A DNA stretch of 64,000 bases, taken from positions 12,028,001 through 12,092,000 of the forward strand of contig NC_081333.1 in NCBI RefSeq assembly GCF_022539665.2. Reading direction: 5' to 3'. Made by a program: the position numbers and the translations under genes. This stretch comes from Daphnia carinata. Taxonomy: Eukaryota. The notes beneath the pieces were generated by a model. The model was not told where the DNA came from and did not search any database. It was given only the letters and a program-made list of their open reading frames with translations. Positions 26,459 through 39,354 of the stretch are shown here, in pieces. Each line of letters starts with the position of its first letter. Position 1 is the stretch's first letter.

Positions 26459-28149
26459 CTACAACAAAAACTGCTCTACTGATTGCCTCATCATTTGGCG
26501 ACGGGATCGCAGTCGAAGCTCTTCTTGAAGGTTTATCGGCACAAGTTGAGGCGTTTTTACATCTTCCATTGTGACTCTACATCCATAACAAAGAACGACA
26601 CTCCAATCTTCCATTGTTCCGGCATCCATTGTTTTGCAGCATTTTTTTCCTGGATTACTGCAGTTAGCATTACAAGATGTTAACTGCAGTTGAGCGTTGG
26701 TGCTACGTGGCTCAGCTTCAAGATCTTTTAAACCACTTGGTCCACTTCGCGAAATAGTCTGCGAAATGCTTCGAGCGGTGGATGCACTACAGAGAGTTGA
26801 CTCTTCAATAGCTGAGAGGCATAACAAACAACGGGAGTCGTCTTTAAACTCGGAAGAACTCTTGTCGACCACGACGTTTGATTTGAGTTTGTCGCTGGTA
26901 CGAAACAAAGTTGATATCGTAGCAGGAAAATTTGCTTGTAATGTAACTACAAACTCTTCGGTTAATCGCCCAATACTGGCTGTCGGACCTAACTAGATAA
27001 TGAACCTCGGTTTACAGCCGTGTTACTGAATGATTGGCAACAAATTACCTTTGATGACAATGTTGGTAAACACAGAGAATCAATCTCCAAAAAGTTTGCT
27101 AAATAGGCAACTTCTTTATCGACAAACTCGCGCATGGGTCGCAGGAAAACTACACCTGTGCGTGTATCGGCAAATCCCTGGGACAAGTTGAAATTAATTT
27201 GGGGTAAAGAAAGTATATAGAAAACCGGCAGCTACTTACAATTTCTTGAGCAATTTGTGCCCCTCTTCCTTGACCGACAGCGGATAATAGCTGACCAGCC
27301 AATCTAGTAGCATTGGGACCCAAAAATACTTTAGAGTAATTTAAATGCGTAGCAATAAGCGTAATCAGACGCTGTTTCAAACGTAGAAGCAAATCTTCCT
27401 TTGCCGTAAGGCTTTTTACGGAACTAAAAAGTTTTTCAAATTGGTTTGCGTAAACCGAAGGTTCAACTTCGTAAGAATTCATCTGTAGCTTCACATCACT
27501 GACGTCCGTCGCCAAGCTGTATTCCAGGCTACAAATGTAAACGTCCAGGCAGTTTCTTTTAGCGTATTCAAGGACAAAATCTATACTTGCCTTTCTTTCT
27601 TCCTTAGAAAGATTTAAAATTCCACCTTCTGAAAAACATACACAATTCAGGAATTATTCATAATTCTCTAATTAAGATTCTTTCAGTTTGTTTACCATCT
27701 ATGTACAACAAACTGGGTTTGATAACCAATTTCATTTTGTTGGAATCTGATGGTTCTAAACCTTGCTTGATAAGGTGTACCATAGACCCACTAGACAACC
27801 CACCAGAATATGCTAACAAAACCTGGTCGTTGTGCTGGAGTATACGAGCTTTTCCAATGGTTGAACGGAATTTATGGACAGCATATTTCATGAAGCAGTC
27901 CCTGAAGTGGAAACACCAATATTAAAATGCTAAACTAAGACAAATTTACCTTACCGGCAATATGGGTCTGTTTTACGAAGAAGAACCTGGGCCTTTAAAA
28001 TACGACATTTGCGGCACAAAGCATCCTTACTAGTAAAAACGGGTTAAAAATTAATTTTCTTTATAGCACTTATAGTCACCTTACAAAAGTAATTTTGGAG
28101 TTGCAACCATGGTATCGGTGGGTAAATTTTCTTCGTTGATGGAACACAT
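26459..28149 (-). CDS. CTU2: Cytoplasmic tRNA 2-thiolation protein 2
   Basis: Starts MCSINEE. N-terminal CxxC pairs, HKFRSTIGK, SGGLSS PP-loop-like motif, GQGRG, LRPMRE and C-terminal CLLC...LCYGC. Confidence 0.9.
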
Positions 28150-28608
28150 ATTGAACTTTTTCCACTTGTGTTAGCGTCAAACAATTCAAAAATGAGGCAG
28201 AGGAATATACCAAATCGTGCCAAAAAGTAGGACACTGCACATGCCGTGAAAAATAACTTATCAAATACCAATACACCGAAACCCGAACCGTCCACAGATT
28301 TCATCGTCTGCTTTATGGCAAATATTGTTTTTGCCAAAGCTTTTTCTGCGTAAGCACTCGAAACAAAAAATGTTAAATTTATGGCCAATTGAAATCTAAA
28401 AAAAATAATAACTTACAATTTCTCTTAATTAATAAAACAAAAAGGATTTTATTGCATTAACCTTCTATGAAATACTGGCAACTCCCAAGCCGTAGCTAAA
28501 TAGCATCCCGTCTCCCATTGCATCAGCTGGTGTATCCCGGCTAGACACGTTTGTAACGTAATATTTTTGGTTAATTGCTAGTGTTGCAGGCTTAATATTT
28601 TTCCAACC

Positions 28609-29732
28609 ATGGCTGAAGAAGAAGCAGTAAGTCTTTTAGTTATCAATGTTTGTGTTTCAAATTATCTTAACTGACTTATCATTTTGTCAAGATCTTTGAT
28701 CCATCTTTGAAGAAGAAGAAGAAAAAGGCAAAGAAGACCCCGTTTGATTTTGATGCAGCTCTAGCCGGCGGAACAGCTGGTAATGAACCTACCGAAGTGG
28801 AAGTAGGGAAAGAGAATGAGAACCCAGAAGAAGAAGAAGTTAAAGATATAGATGACCTAGATCTGGATAGTTTTGGCAAGAAGAAGAAAAAGTCAAAAAA
28901 GAAGGCTTTCCCAATTGAGGACCTTGAAGTAGCCTCACCTGAAGTAGAAGGTCAAGATGGAGAAGCAGTTGAAGACCAAGAAGATTTAGACCTTGATTTT
29001 TCAAAAAGTTTAAAGAAAAAGAAAAAGAAGAAAATCACTGGTGCTGTAGAAGAAGAAAAAGATGAAAAAGGTGAGAATACACTGTCTAGCAAAAGAAACC
29101 ATAATTTTGTTTTCTAAACCATTGTTAACCATAAATTTTCTGCAGAGGAAAGCACTGGTGTTGCATGGACCAATGATGGAGACTACACATACGATGAATT
29201 GCTTAATAGAGTTTTCAACATTATGAGAGAAAAGAATCCAGAAATGGTAGCAGGAGAAAAGAAAAAGTTTACAATGAGGCCTCCTCAGGTTGTCCGAATT
29301 GGAACTAAGAAAACATCTTTTGCAAATTTCTCCGAAATCTGCAAAATGTACGTTCCTTCTTAAAACTTATTATTTTGAGTAGTTTTTATTGTAATATAAC
29401 ATTGATTTGGCAGGTTACATAGGCAACCGAAACACGTATTAGCCTTTCTCCTGGCTGAGCTTGGTACCAGTGGATCTGTTGATGGAAACAATCAACTCAT
29501 CATCAAAGGGCGATTTCAGCAAAAACAGATGGAAAATGTATTACGTCGCTACGTAAAAGAATACGTCACTTGTCATACGTGCCGTTCCCCTGATACCATT
29601 CTACAGAAGGATACTCGCCTCTTTTTTCTTCAGTGTGAAACATGCGGCTCAAGGTGTTCTGTGGCCTCCATCAAATCTGGTTTCCAGGCCGTGACCGGAA
29701 AGCGTGCGGCCATTCGAGCCAAAACAGCGTAA
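28609..29732 (+). CDS. EIF2S2: Eukaryotic translation initiation factor 2 subunit beta
   Basis: Exons 28609-28626, 28692-29070, 29146-29347 and 29414-29732 join in frame. Three poly-lysine K-boxes, YTYDELL and the zinc finger CHTC...CETC. Confidence 0.97.
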
Positions 29733-29959
29733 ATTGGTTCGTTTTGAAAAGAAAAATATGTGCTGTGTTTTGTCATAACGAGAGAAATAAATTTCTTTCG
29801 TTTATATTTTACTTCTTTCTATTTAATAATTAATGGCGTAATAATAAATATTAGACAACACAAATTTCATTTTCAAGAGAATGCAAGTTTAGGTAAATAT
29901 GAAATTTCAATTTTGTTCTCGTTGAATATTTGCTCCACTAATCAATCCTTTTACATTGC

Positions 29960-31640
29960 TTAAAGGTGCTCGACAGACACATAATTTTGTTCTGCAGGAA
30001 TATCTTCGCCAATTGTTTCGGAACTGGTTATTTCGTAAGGTTTGTGGTCGTTTGTCACCTCCCTTTTTTCCTTCGAAGAAGAAAAGCAGTCACGCTGTAT
30101 CAAAGAAATATGGTCAAGTTGCGTATCCTCGACGCGTTCAGTATCTTCCGATTGAACAGAGGAAAACCAATTTCCAATGATCGGTACCACTGAGAGACCG
30201 CGGATGCCAGGCGGAGCAGGTTGTTCATTGGTCTCGGAGCTCAGCAATCCACTTCCGTTCAATTTCGATTGACCTTTGTAAAGCGGTATGTATAGCGCCA
30301 AGTCGTCATCGTCAGCATCCATTCGCTTTCGTTTGCGCTATAATATTAAAGAAGAGTGTGTAATGGATGCAGTTTATGTATAAAATTGATAGACTTACGC
30401 CTGATCCAGGTTCAATGTCACGAGATGATCCAGTTTGCCGTACCGATATCAACTGCGATAGCGATTTCCATAAGCGGACGAACAAACTGTTCTTTGATAT
30501 ACCGTGAGGCTTCGCAGTCAATGAGAAAATCTTAATAGACATTTTAATGATATTTCTGAAATATTGTTACTAACAGATTCAGGAGACCAAGAGCGAAATT
30601 CTTCTGCCCCTTCCAAATCTTGTATAGCCAAGCGCCACGTCCGAATTTTAGAAGCCTAGGAAGGACATTATTTCAACAGCTTTGTTTTTTTTTTCCCGAA
30701 GAGAATGCTTACCATTTGTTGGCGCAAATCCCGAATCGGCGTTGAAATTGTGCTTTGAGATAGATCTTCCATCAAGGATACACAACTGGGATCGAACAAA
30801 CTTTCATCGACGGTGGTAGATACTGACGAAAATGGTGTCCAATCTTCTGCATCAGATGATCTTTCTTTATTACAGGGAGTACCTAGTTTACATACCAAAA
30901 GGTTCATTACAAAATACTTGAGTAGCTTGTTTTCTAATGAGAAACAATTACCACTTGAAGAAATTGATATGTGACGGAGATTCAATAACTTAGGAAGTCC
31001 ATTTATTTCAGTGCCTATAGAATTTGATGATGCCGACACCAAATGACTATTAGCCTTGGGAGATTGCTTAGATTTTACTGGATCTTTAAAATGGAAATTA
31101 ACATAAGCAATATTCTATTCCTAATTTCAATGACTGTAACTTACTATTAGGAACAACTAAGCTTTCCATCACATGAAGTAGGCGGTCAACTGCATTCAAG
31201 GATATTCTAACCACCTTAAATTTTCTTAATTTTTGGAAAAATCCTTCTTCTCGATTTGTGACCTTAAGACATATACAAAAGTAAAGAATATTTCTTTATA
31301 AATTTGCCTACAAAACAAAAGAATTAAACAAATACCATTCTTGCTGTAAAAAAATTTGAGCCTCCAATAACTAAAGTTGATAAAACCAAGGTACCCAAAG
31401 CAACTGAATAAATATAAGAGATAGTTAAGTTTATTTTTCGTGGGAACTAAAAATCTGGGTGCACTGGGAAATACTTTTACAGAGAATTGCAAGAAAAACC
31501 TGCTTGATTAACTTACTAAGTTTGTGGAAAAGGGAAACTTTTGCCAGGTACGCCCCAGAGGTACGAGTAAATTCGTGGAATCCTGCAGCAATCAATGACA
31601 GAGTGCTTCGTTGATCTTCATGGCGGCCATGGCTAGCCAT
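29960..31640 (-). CDS. Uncharacterised ~393-aa protein with an N-terminal hydrophobic segment and an RKRKR motif
   Basis: Eight exons (31640-31517, 31403-31336, 31262-31145, 31083-30952, 30882-30713, 30655-30575, 30509-30399, 30337-29960) join through GT-AG introns with matching phases and no internal stop. The start exon is less certain. No family recognised. Confidence 0.7.
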
Positions 31641-32261
31641 ACTATTGATAATGATGAAAAATTCAAGTAATTACTGTGACAAGCCGAAATGTATGTTGTG
31701 AGTTTCGACACAAACTCCGAAAGACTAAAGAATTCTTTGCCTTCAAACAGCTGAGTTGGCCGCTCGTATCCCAAGGGAAAATAAACTCGCTACCACAGGG
31801 GAAGCATCAGTACCGTGGATTTCATTTATGGACAACTAGGGGCATATATTTTGAATTTAAAACAGCCTGGCGCCCGCAATGCGCGTATTAGTAATTGCAA
31901 AATTACGACGTTGTCACTATTTGGAGAACGGTAAAGCTGAATATGCGTGAAATTTCAGCATTCCACTAGATAAATCCGATATAGTTTGCTTTTCCTCACA
32001 GTTTTTTTATGTTCAATATGTTGATGCATAAGTGGCTGATTCTACTGAAAAAAAAATCTTTAATAATCGAGGTTAGTTGTGGAGTTTCTTATCTGTCAAT
32101 AGCGCGTAGTTTTTCCAGCGGACGAAAATAACGTCGTTGTTGTCTGTCAAGTTATTAGTTAGGATTTTTTTTTTAATCTCCATTTGTTGTAATGAAAACG
32201 ATTTAATAATCGGAATAAATACCAAATTTCAAACAAAAAGGAAAAAAACGCGTACAAAACA

Positions 32262-35200
32262 ATGTTTTCTTTGTTCAAGCAAACGTATCCTGCGACAAGT
32301 GTGGAACATGCAATATATTGCCGTTTCTATGGCGGTCAAGAAAAAAACTTGGTGATTGCCGGTGCTAACGTATTGCGAATATTCCGGCTCATTCCAAATA
32401 CAGATGAAAAAATGTTGAAAAAGGAAATTTCTGATGGTCTACCTCCTAAAATGAAATTAGAATGTTTAGCATCATACAATCTATTTGGGAAAGTCATGTC
32501 CATTGCAGCCGTCAGTCTTCCAGGATCATCTCAAGATACAATATTGATGAGCTTTGCTCATGCCAAACTTAGTCTCATTGAATATGATCCTATTACTGAT
32601 AATCTTAAAACTTTATCACTTCATAACTTTGAAGGCAAGTATCTGTAATGCCAGTTTAAGAGGATTTCATAAATTGATACTCTTCGTTTTAGATGAAGGC
32701 ATTGGAAGCAGCCATAAAATACCAGAAATCCGAGTCGATCCGGAAGGAAGGTGTGCTGCTTTGTTGATTTTCCGGAATACCCTAGCAATCCTTCCTTTTC
32801 GGAAAGATTCTGCCCATGACAGCAATGTCACTCTCTCTTCTTATATCATCAAGCTTACAGATCTAGAAGAAAGAGTTGATAATGTGATTGATGTGCAGTT
32901 CTTACATGGCTACTATGAGCCAACATTAATCATCCTCTATGAGCCTGTTGGGACATTCCCAGGACGAATAGCCGTTCGCCAGGACACTTGTAATATGGTG
33001 GCCGTGTCGTTAAACACACAACAACGAGTCCATCCTATCATCTGGTCACTGAATAGTCTTCCATTCGATTGTTCTCAGTTATTGCCAGTCCCTAAACCAT
33101 TAGGGGGAGCGTTAATTGTAGCAGTGAATTCTATCATTTATGTCAATCAAAGCGTCCCACCGTACGGGGTGTCTGTCAATAGCGTTGCAGACCATTGCAC
33201 CAGTTTTCCCTTGAGTACGTTGGTAGCTATTATTAGTAAGTTTACGAGGTCATAACTAATTTCGTCAATTTGAATAGAAACGCAAGAAGGCTCAAGGATA
33301 ACCCTAGATTGCGCGCGAGCTGCCTTTCTGCAGTACGATCGAGTGGTCCTTTCACTGAAAGGGGGCGAATTGTACGTGCTGACGTTATTTGCAGATAGTA
33401 TGCGATCTGTCCGCAAATTTCACCTGGAGAAGGCTGCCGCCAGCGTCTTGACTACTTGTCTATGTATCTGCGATAGCTACCTGTTTCTCGGCTCTCGGCT
33501 CGGCAATTCTTTACTGTTGGCTTTTCAAACTAAGGATTACAACCAGCATCCCACTTCATTTGCTGCCAAAAAACCAAAAATGGAACAATTCAGCTCGCTC
33601 TTTGATCAGGTAATTGATTAATATTTGTTTCATTTCAGTATTTTAAAAATAAAAAAAATTGGTAACTAGGAATTAGATCATTTAGATGAGGAGGAAATCG
33701 ACAATTACCTTTACGGTGAAGACCACGAGTCGTCTGATAGTAAAGCAATTAGCTATCAATTTGAAGTTTGTGACAGCCTCCTCAATATTGGGCCTTGTGG
33801 ACAGGTTGGCATAAATATAGCTGGATAATCAGCTCTTAAGTAACATACCACAATGAAATTTTAGATGGCGGTGGGAGAACCTGCATCAACATGCACGGAA
33901 TTCGATAAAAGGAGCCCAGATCCAGACGTTGAAATCGTCACGACCTCTGGCTATGGGAAGAATGGAGCAATATGTGTTCTCCAACGTTCAATAAAACCGC
34001 AAGTACATCTCCTTGTATTGTACGTTGTCCGTGCTTTTGAATTCTGAACGAATAACTTGTTTCCAGGTGGTCACCACTTTTGAGCTCCCAGAAGTCAGCG
34101 ACATGTTCACGGTCTTTGCAGCGCGTAATAATGAAGAGACACTAATGCATACTTATCTGCTACTTTCACGACCGGATTCTACGATGGTAAACATTTCTCG
34201 CTTACGCTTATACTATGTTTATCGAGAGAATACTACCCTTACTTAGGTTTTACAAACCGGAGAAGAAATTAATGAAATGGACCAGTCAGGATTTAACGTG
34301 ACTAGTCCAACTTTATTGGCAACAAATCTAGGGAATAATCGATTCATTGTTCAAGTTTGCCCTACAAGCGTGCGACTGCTTGATGCAGCTGCCACCGTTG
34401 TTCAGGAGTTAGAAATGGATTCTGACTTTCTCATTAGTTCGGCATCGGTTTCTGATCCCTACATTGCCTTGCTAGCTCAAAATGGTCGAGTCAGTCTAGT
34501 CACATTCGTTGAGGGATCTAAACTGGAAATGGCTTTTCCTATTTCCTCTAAGGTAATAGTATTGCCATTTGAAAAAGAACATGTCTAAAACAGTCATTTC
34601 GATGCAGAATTCTCCAGTGGTTTGTTTGTGTTTGTACCGTGACATCAGTGGTTTGTTTAGCACAACCATACCGGAAATGGATTGGTCGGAATCAACAAAA
34701 TTAAACACGGAAAACAAGCCCGTAAGCGCCAAAAGGTATGTCCTTAATGTCTCTTTCAATGAGAGGAGAACTAATAAAATCTATCGTATTCAGAGAGATG
34801 GATGATGAAGAAGACTATCTGTACGGCGATACCAACGCTGAACAAAACAGCCACCCTGTAGAGGAAGCTTCTCACACAAAATTTTCTCCTCAACAGAAGT
34901 AATAATATTTTACATTTCGTTTTCACTTCCTTTTATTCTATACTAGTTTATTTACATACGCAATTTTATTTAGATATTAATTTTTTAAAATTTGTGCTTA
35001 GCTATTGACTATTTACTTTATTTGTTTTACCATTTTTACCTTCTCATTTTCGGTTATCGTGCATTGCCTAATTTTACAGCTTTGTATGTTTACGTATTTA
35101 TTTCTTTTCGTACAGAGTAACTGATTACTTCCGTGAAATAAAACCCACCTACTGGCTTTCCATCATTCGGCAAAATGGGGCATTAGAAATCTTCTCGCTT

Positions 35201-37861
35201 AATGGAAAATTTGTGCTGGATTCCTTTCGTGCCGGCCACGTTCATCTAGGCCATCGACTTCTTGTAAATGCCCTGTACGACGAAATGTCTGCCGCTTCCT
35301 CAATTCGTTGCAACATTGTCGAAATGGGTATCTTTGGTTTGGGACACCTCCATAGGCGACCATTATTGGTAATGAGGACTTCAGATTTTGGCGTTTTGCT
35401 TTATGAAGCCATACCTTCATTACCAGCTTACGAAAGCAAACAAAAAAATGAACTTAAACTTCGATTCAGGAAACTGAATCATAGTCTCCTTCTGAGGGAA
35501 ACAAAAACATAGTAAGTTGTCTGAACGGAAGTAATAACTTGACGAGAACATGTTCTCTAAATTTTTTTCACTTGTACATGTTTTTTTGTTATTTTGCATT
35601 ATAGTGTTCGAAAAGGTGGGCAATCAGTGGTGTTAGAACCTTATTCATGGAAAACTAATCAATTCAAATATTTTCAAAATATTGCCGGTTATTCCGGGGT
35701 AAGGATTTTTTCTAGGTAATCTGTGTTTGTCATTAGTAACGTTTCGCTTTTGTTTTCTAGGTTTTTATCGGTGGCCCCTATCCGCACTGGTTATTTATGA
35801 CTTCACGTGGCGAATTGCGTTTACATCCCATGAGTATCGATGGCCCAGTAAAGTGCTTCGCGTGTTTCCACAATGTTAATTGTTCTCAAGGGTTTATCTA
35901 CCTGAATCGCAAAGTAAGATCTTCTATTTTAGTACGTTAACAATAATCACAACCAATTTATTTTAACGGTTCGTCGTAGGATGAATTAAGGATATGTCTT
36001 TTACCAACTTTGTTTAATTATGACGCGCCTTGGCCCGTCCGTAAAGTGCCACTTCGTTGCACTCCACATTACCTGATTTATCATGTTGAAACAAAAACTT
36101 ATATATTAGCTACAAGCCTGGCTGAACCGACAAATAGGATTTATAGGTAAAATCAATGTTTCGTGTTTTATAAGTCCTTTCTGTAAAACTGATTCCTTAA
36201 GGTTCAACGGAGATGATAAAGAACTAAGTTTAGAAGAAAGAGATGATCGCTTCCCCTACCCACATGTAGAAAAGTTTGCCATCCAGCTAATTTCACCCGT
36301 AACTTGGGAAGTAAGAATGATCGAATATTTGTTACTAAAAGTTACATTTACTAGATATCCCTAACATACCTTGTGAGATTGCTGCTTATTAGTATTTTCA
36401 TTTGCGAAAGCATTCCTTGGAGTGTCGGACTGTGTACTTCGTTTTTGAAAACGGAAAGCTACACACCACATACTATTGATCATATTGTTTTTCATTAGGC
36501 AGTTCCGAACACCCGTATGGACTTAGATGACTGGGAGCACGTTACCTGTCTGAAGACTGTTAGTCTAGAATACGAGGGTCACGCTTCCGGTTTGAAAGAT
36601 TATTTAGCTGTTAGCACAAATTACAACTATGGAGAGGACATCATTAGCCGTGGTCGAATCTTCATTCTTGATTTGATCGAGGTCGTTCCAGAGCCCGGAC
36701 AGCCCTTAACCAAGAACAAGATCAAGACACTCTATGCTAAAGACCAGAAAGGCCCCGTTGCTGCCATAAGCAGTGTTTGCGGTTACCTTGTGGCTGCAAT
36801 CGGACAAAAAGTGGGTGGCCAATTACTAATTCGTGACTTAAACAAATTTTAATGCAACTTCTAACGCCATAAATTCTAGATTTATCTATGGCAACTCAAA
36901 AATGATGATCTGGTCGGAATAGCGTTCATCGACACGGAAATTTACATTCACCAGTTACTCAATATCAAAAGTTTCATCTTGGCGGCGGATGTGTATAAAA
37001 GCGTTTCGGTACTGCGTTTCCAGGAAGAATACCGAACGCTGTGCATTGTAGCGCGTGACTATCAGCCCTTGGAAGTCATGACCGTCGACTATTACATCGA
37101 TAACACACAACTTGGCTTCCTGGTTAGCGACGCAGAGCAGAATTTGATTCTTTACATGTACCAACCGGAAGCACGAGAGAGTCATGGGGGACATCGGCTC
37201 ATCCGCAAAGCAGATTTCCATGTGGGTCAAGTAGTCTCAACGATGTTCCGAATCAAGTAAGTTCAGTTCGCTTTTTTGTGTTGTAGTAGGGTCCTTTGTG
37301 GTTCTTCATTAGGGAATCTCATATCAATAGCTTGCATTAAGTAGATAACATTTGACATTAGAAGTTCAAAGATAGATGTTCCAAAAGTTAGTTCAATAAT
37401 GTGTAGTTTTTTATGAGAGGTAACCAATTGATTGCAGAAGTTGGATTATTCTTTCTCTATCTTACCTTAGGTGCAAAGTCAGTGATCCTACGACCGAAAA
37501 GCGCTTCCCTCCTCTTATCGAGAAACGGCAAATGATTGGATTTGGGACTCTTGATGGTGGATTAGGATATGTACTGCCTATTCCAGAAAAAACTTACCGC
37601 CGCTTGCAAATGCTTCACAATGTTCTTCATACAACCATGACTCACGCCGGGGGATTGAATCCTAAGGCCCATCGAGCTTATCAAAGCAAGAATAAGAGCT
37701 TGGTTAACAGCACGAAATCAATTGTTGACGGTGAACTCGTCTTCAGTTTCCTTACACTTCCACAAGAAGAACAAATTGAAGTAGCAAGAAAAATTGGGAC
37801 TAAAGTTGAAGAATTAATAGACGATTTCATTGAAATTGATCGGTACACGGCACATTTTTGA
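32262..37861 (+). CDS. CPSF1: Cleavage and polyadenylation specificity factor 160 kDa subunit
   Basis: Long multi-exon gene. Motifs [79 protein letters not shown] and GLNPKA. Confidence 0.97.
36350..36473 (+). ncRNA. Candidate intronic box H/ACA snoRNA in CPSF1
   Basis: Oversized intron (36311-36498) with hairpin, then ANANNA box AAAGCA (36407-36412), then hairpin, then ACA (36468-36470). Folded by eye only. Confidence 0.3.
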
Positions 37862-38025
37862 ATAGGAACTCGCATTCAATACACGATCGTTCATCGATAA
37901 TTTTGTAGCAAAAAGAGCAAAGAAGCAAATAATCCTGTTTTATTGAAATATTTAAAAAATTAGATAATCAAAAGTAGCGTATCATGATGCATTTAGAATA
38001 TTCGTCCAAACAGCTTGTTAACATA

Positions 38026-39140
38026 TTAGTTGGCAGAATAACTTTTTAGTTTGTCGAGTGTCCATTTTTTTTGTTTGATTGCTTCTCGTAGCTTACCATA
38101 CTCCTTGACGAGGCAATTGAATTCCTCTCCGACCGATTTGTAACGGTTTAACCTTAACTGTGAAGCTCGGATTTCGTTTTCAATTTGTTCGGATTTTGTT
38201 TCTAATTCCTTAGAGATTTTCTTCAGGGCAGGAACGGTTTGTTCAGTGTACGTTTCGTACAGAATTTCTAAGTGTAACGATTTTATTTTGAGGTAAAGAG
38301 CGTCACATTGCACTTCGAGGGACTCGCTTTTCGCGATATTCCGTCGATTTTCACCGTCAACCAAGTGCTCCCGAAGAAGATTTTCCATGATGTGCAAGCT
38401 CTCAAGAAGAATTGAAGTGTACTTAGCGTACTGCTCTTTCAATAACACATCATTTTCTTCCATTATTTTCTTATAATCATCCAAAGTTTCCATTCTTGCA
38501 CCTATCAGAGATGAAAGCTGGCTAATTTTTGCCAAAATCAAATCTTCGTTGTTGCCTTTTAAAGGAAAAAGTGATAAACAAAGGTCTTATTAACAACTTA
38601 AAGCTAATTACCTTGAATATCTTGTCCTAGTTCACTTAACAACAAGACTCCTTTTTCAATGAGTTCATTTTTTAACTGTTCTTGTGCCCATATAGTTATA
38701 TCATCATCTATTGATTCTTGCTTAAAATGAATTCCGAAGACATGCAAATTGTCATCATCCTTCAATTTCTCCTCTTTTATTATTCGCATAGACTGATGTA
38801 GTTCAGATGATATAAATGATTTTTCCAAAACTTCACGAGACTGTTGCAGATATAGAAAACTTATTTAGCTTGAAAATGTTGGAACTGACAATAAATTTAC
38901 CTTATCATCTTCCACTCTGGGATTAGCAATGATGTCCCAAACACTGTCATAGATGAGCTTTACAGCATCATAACTTTTTTTTGTTCTTTGATACTCCCGA
39001 GAAATTTCTCGCCTTTCGTCGTTTTGAGACCTTGTAGCAAAATTATTGGGGCATATTTTATGCTCAAACAAATTTTTTAGGAACTGTGCAAAATGGGGGT
39101 AACGTTCAGCTTGAGAAGGAGTTATAAAAGAGCTTGCCAT
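38026..39140 (-). CDS. HAUS4: HAUS augmin-like complex subunit 4
   Basis: Exons 39140-38901, 38840-38612 and 38555-38026 join in frame (~332 aa). The C-terminus (EILYETYT...GEEFNCLVKEYGKLREAIKQKKWTL) resembles the HAUS4 C-terminal coiled coil. Confidence 0.78.
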
Positions 39141-39354
39141 TTGAGTCTTTGTATACCCAACACTAGAAAAAAAAATTGGTTTCTTCGATAAGGTTTACAG
39201 CAAACCCGTTTAATGAAACAATGCAAACATTAGCAAATCTATTTCCAATTGCCAAAACAAATTTTGAAATGAAACCGTAAGCACCGTTGCCAAATTTTCC
39301 GATTTCGACAAAAGGTTGGTGCGTTAACAGCACTTTGTTTTCCCTTGTCGCAAA

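Noticed and set aside
35080..35083. Apparent 4-nt microexon (ttttacag-CTTT-gtatgt) in a CPSF1 intron
   Set aside because: The flanking exons are already in frame, and the downstream intron would be only ~32 nt.
37257..37470. Other long CPSF1 intron as a snoRNA host
   Set aside because: I found no convincing C/D box pair or terminal ACA arrangement.
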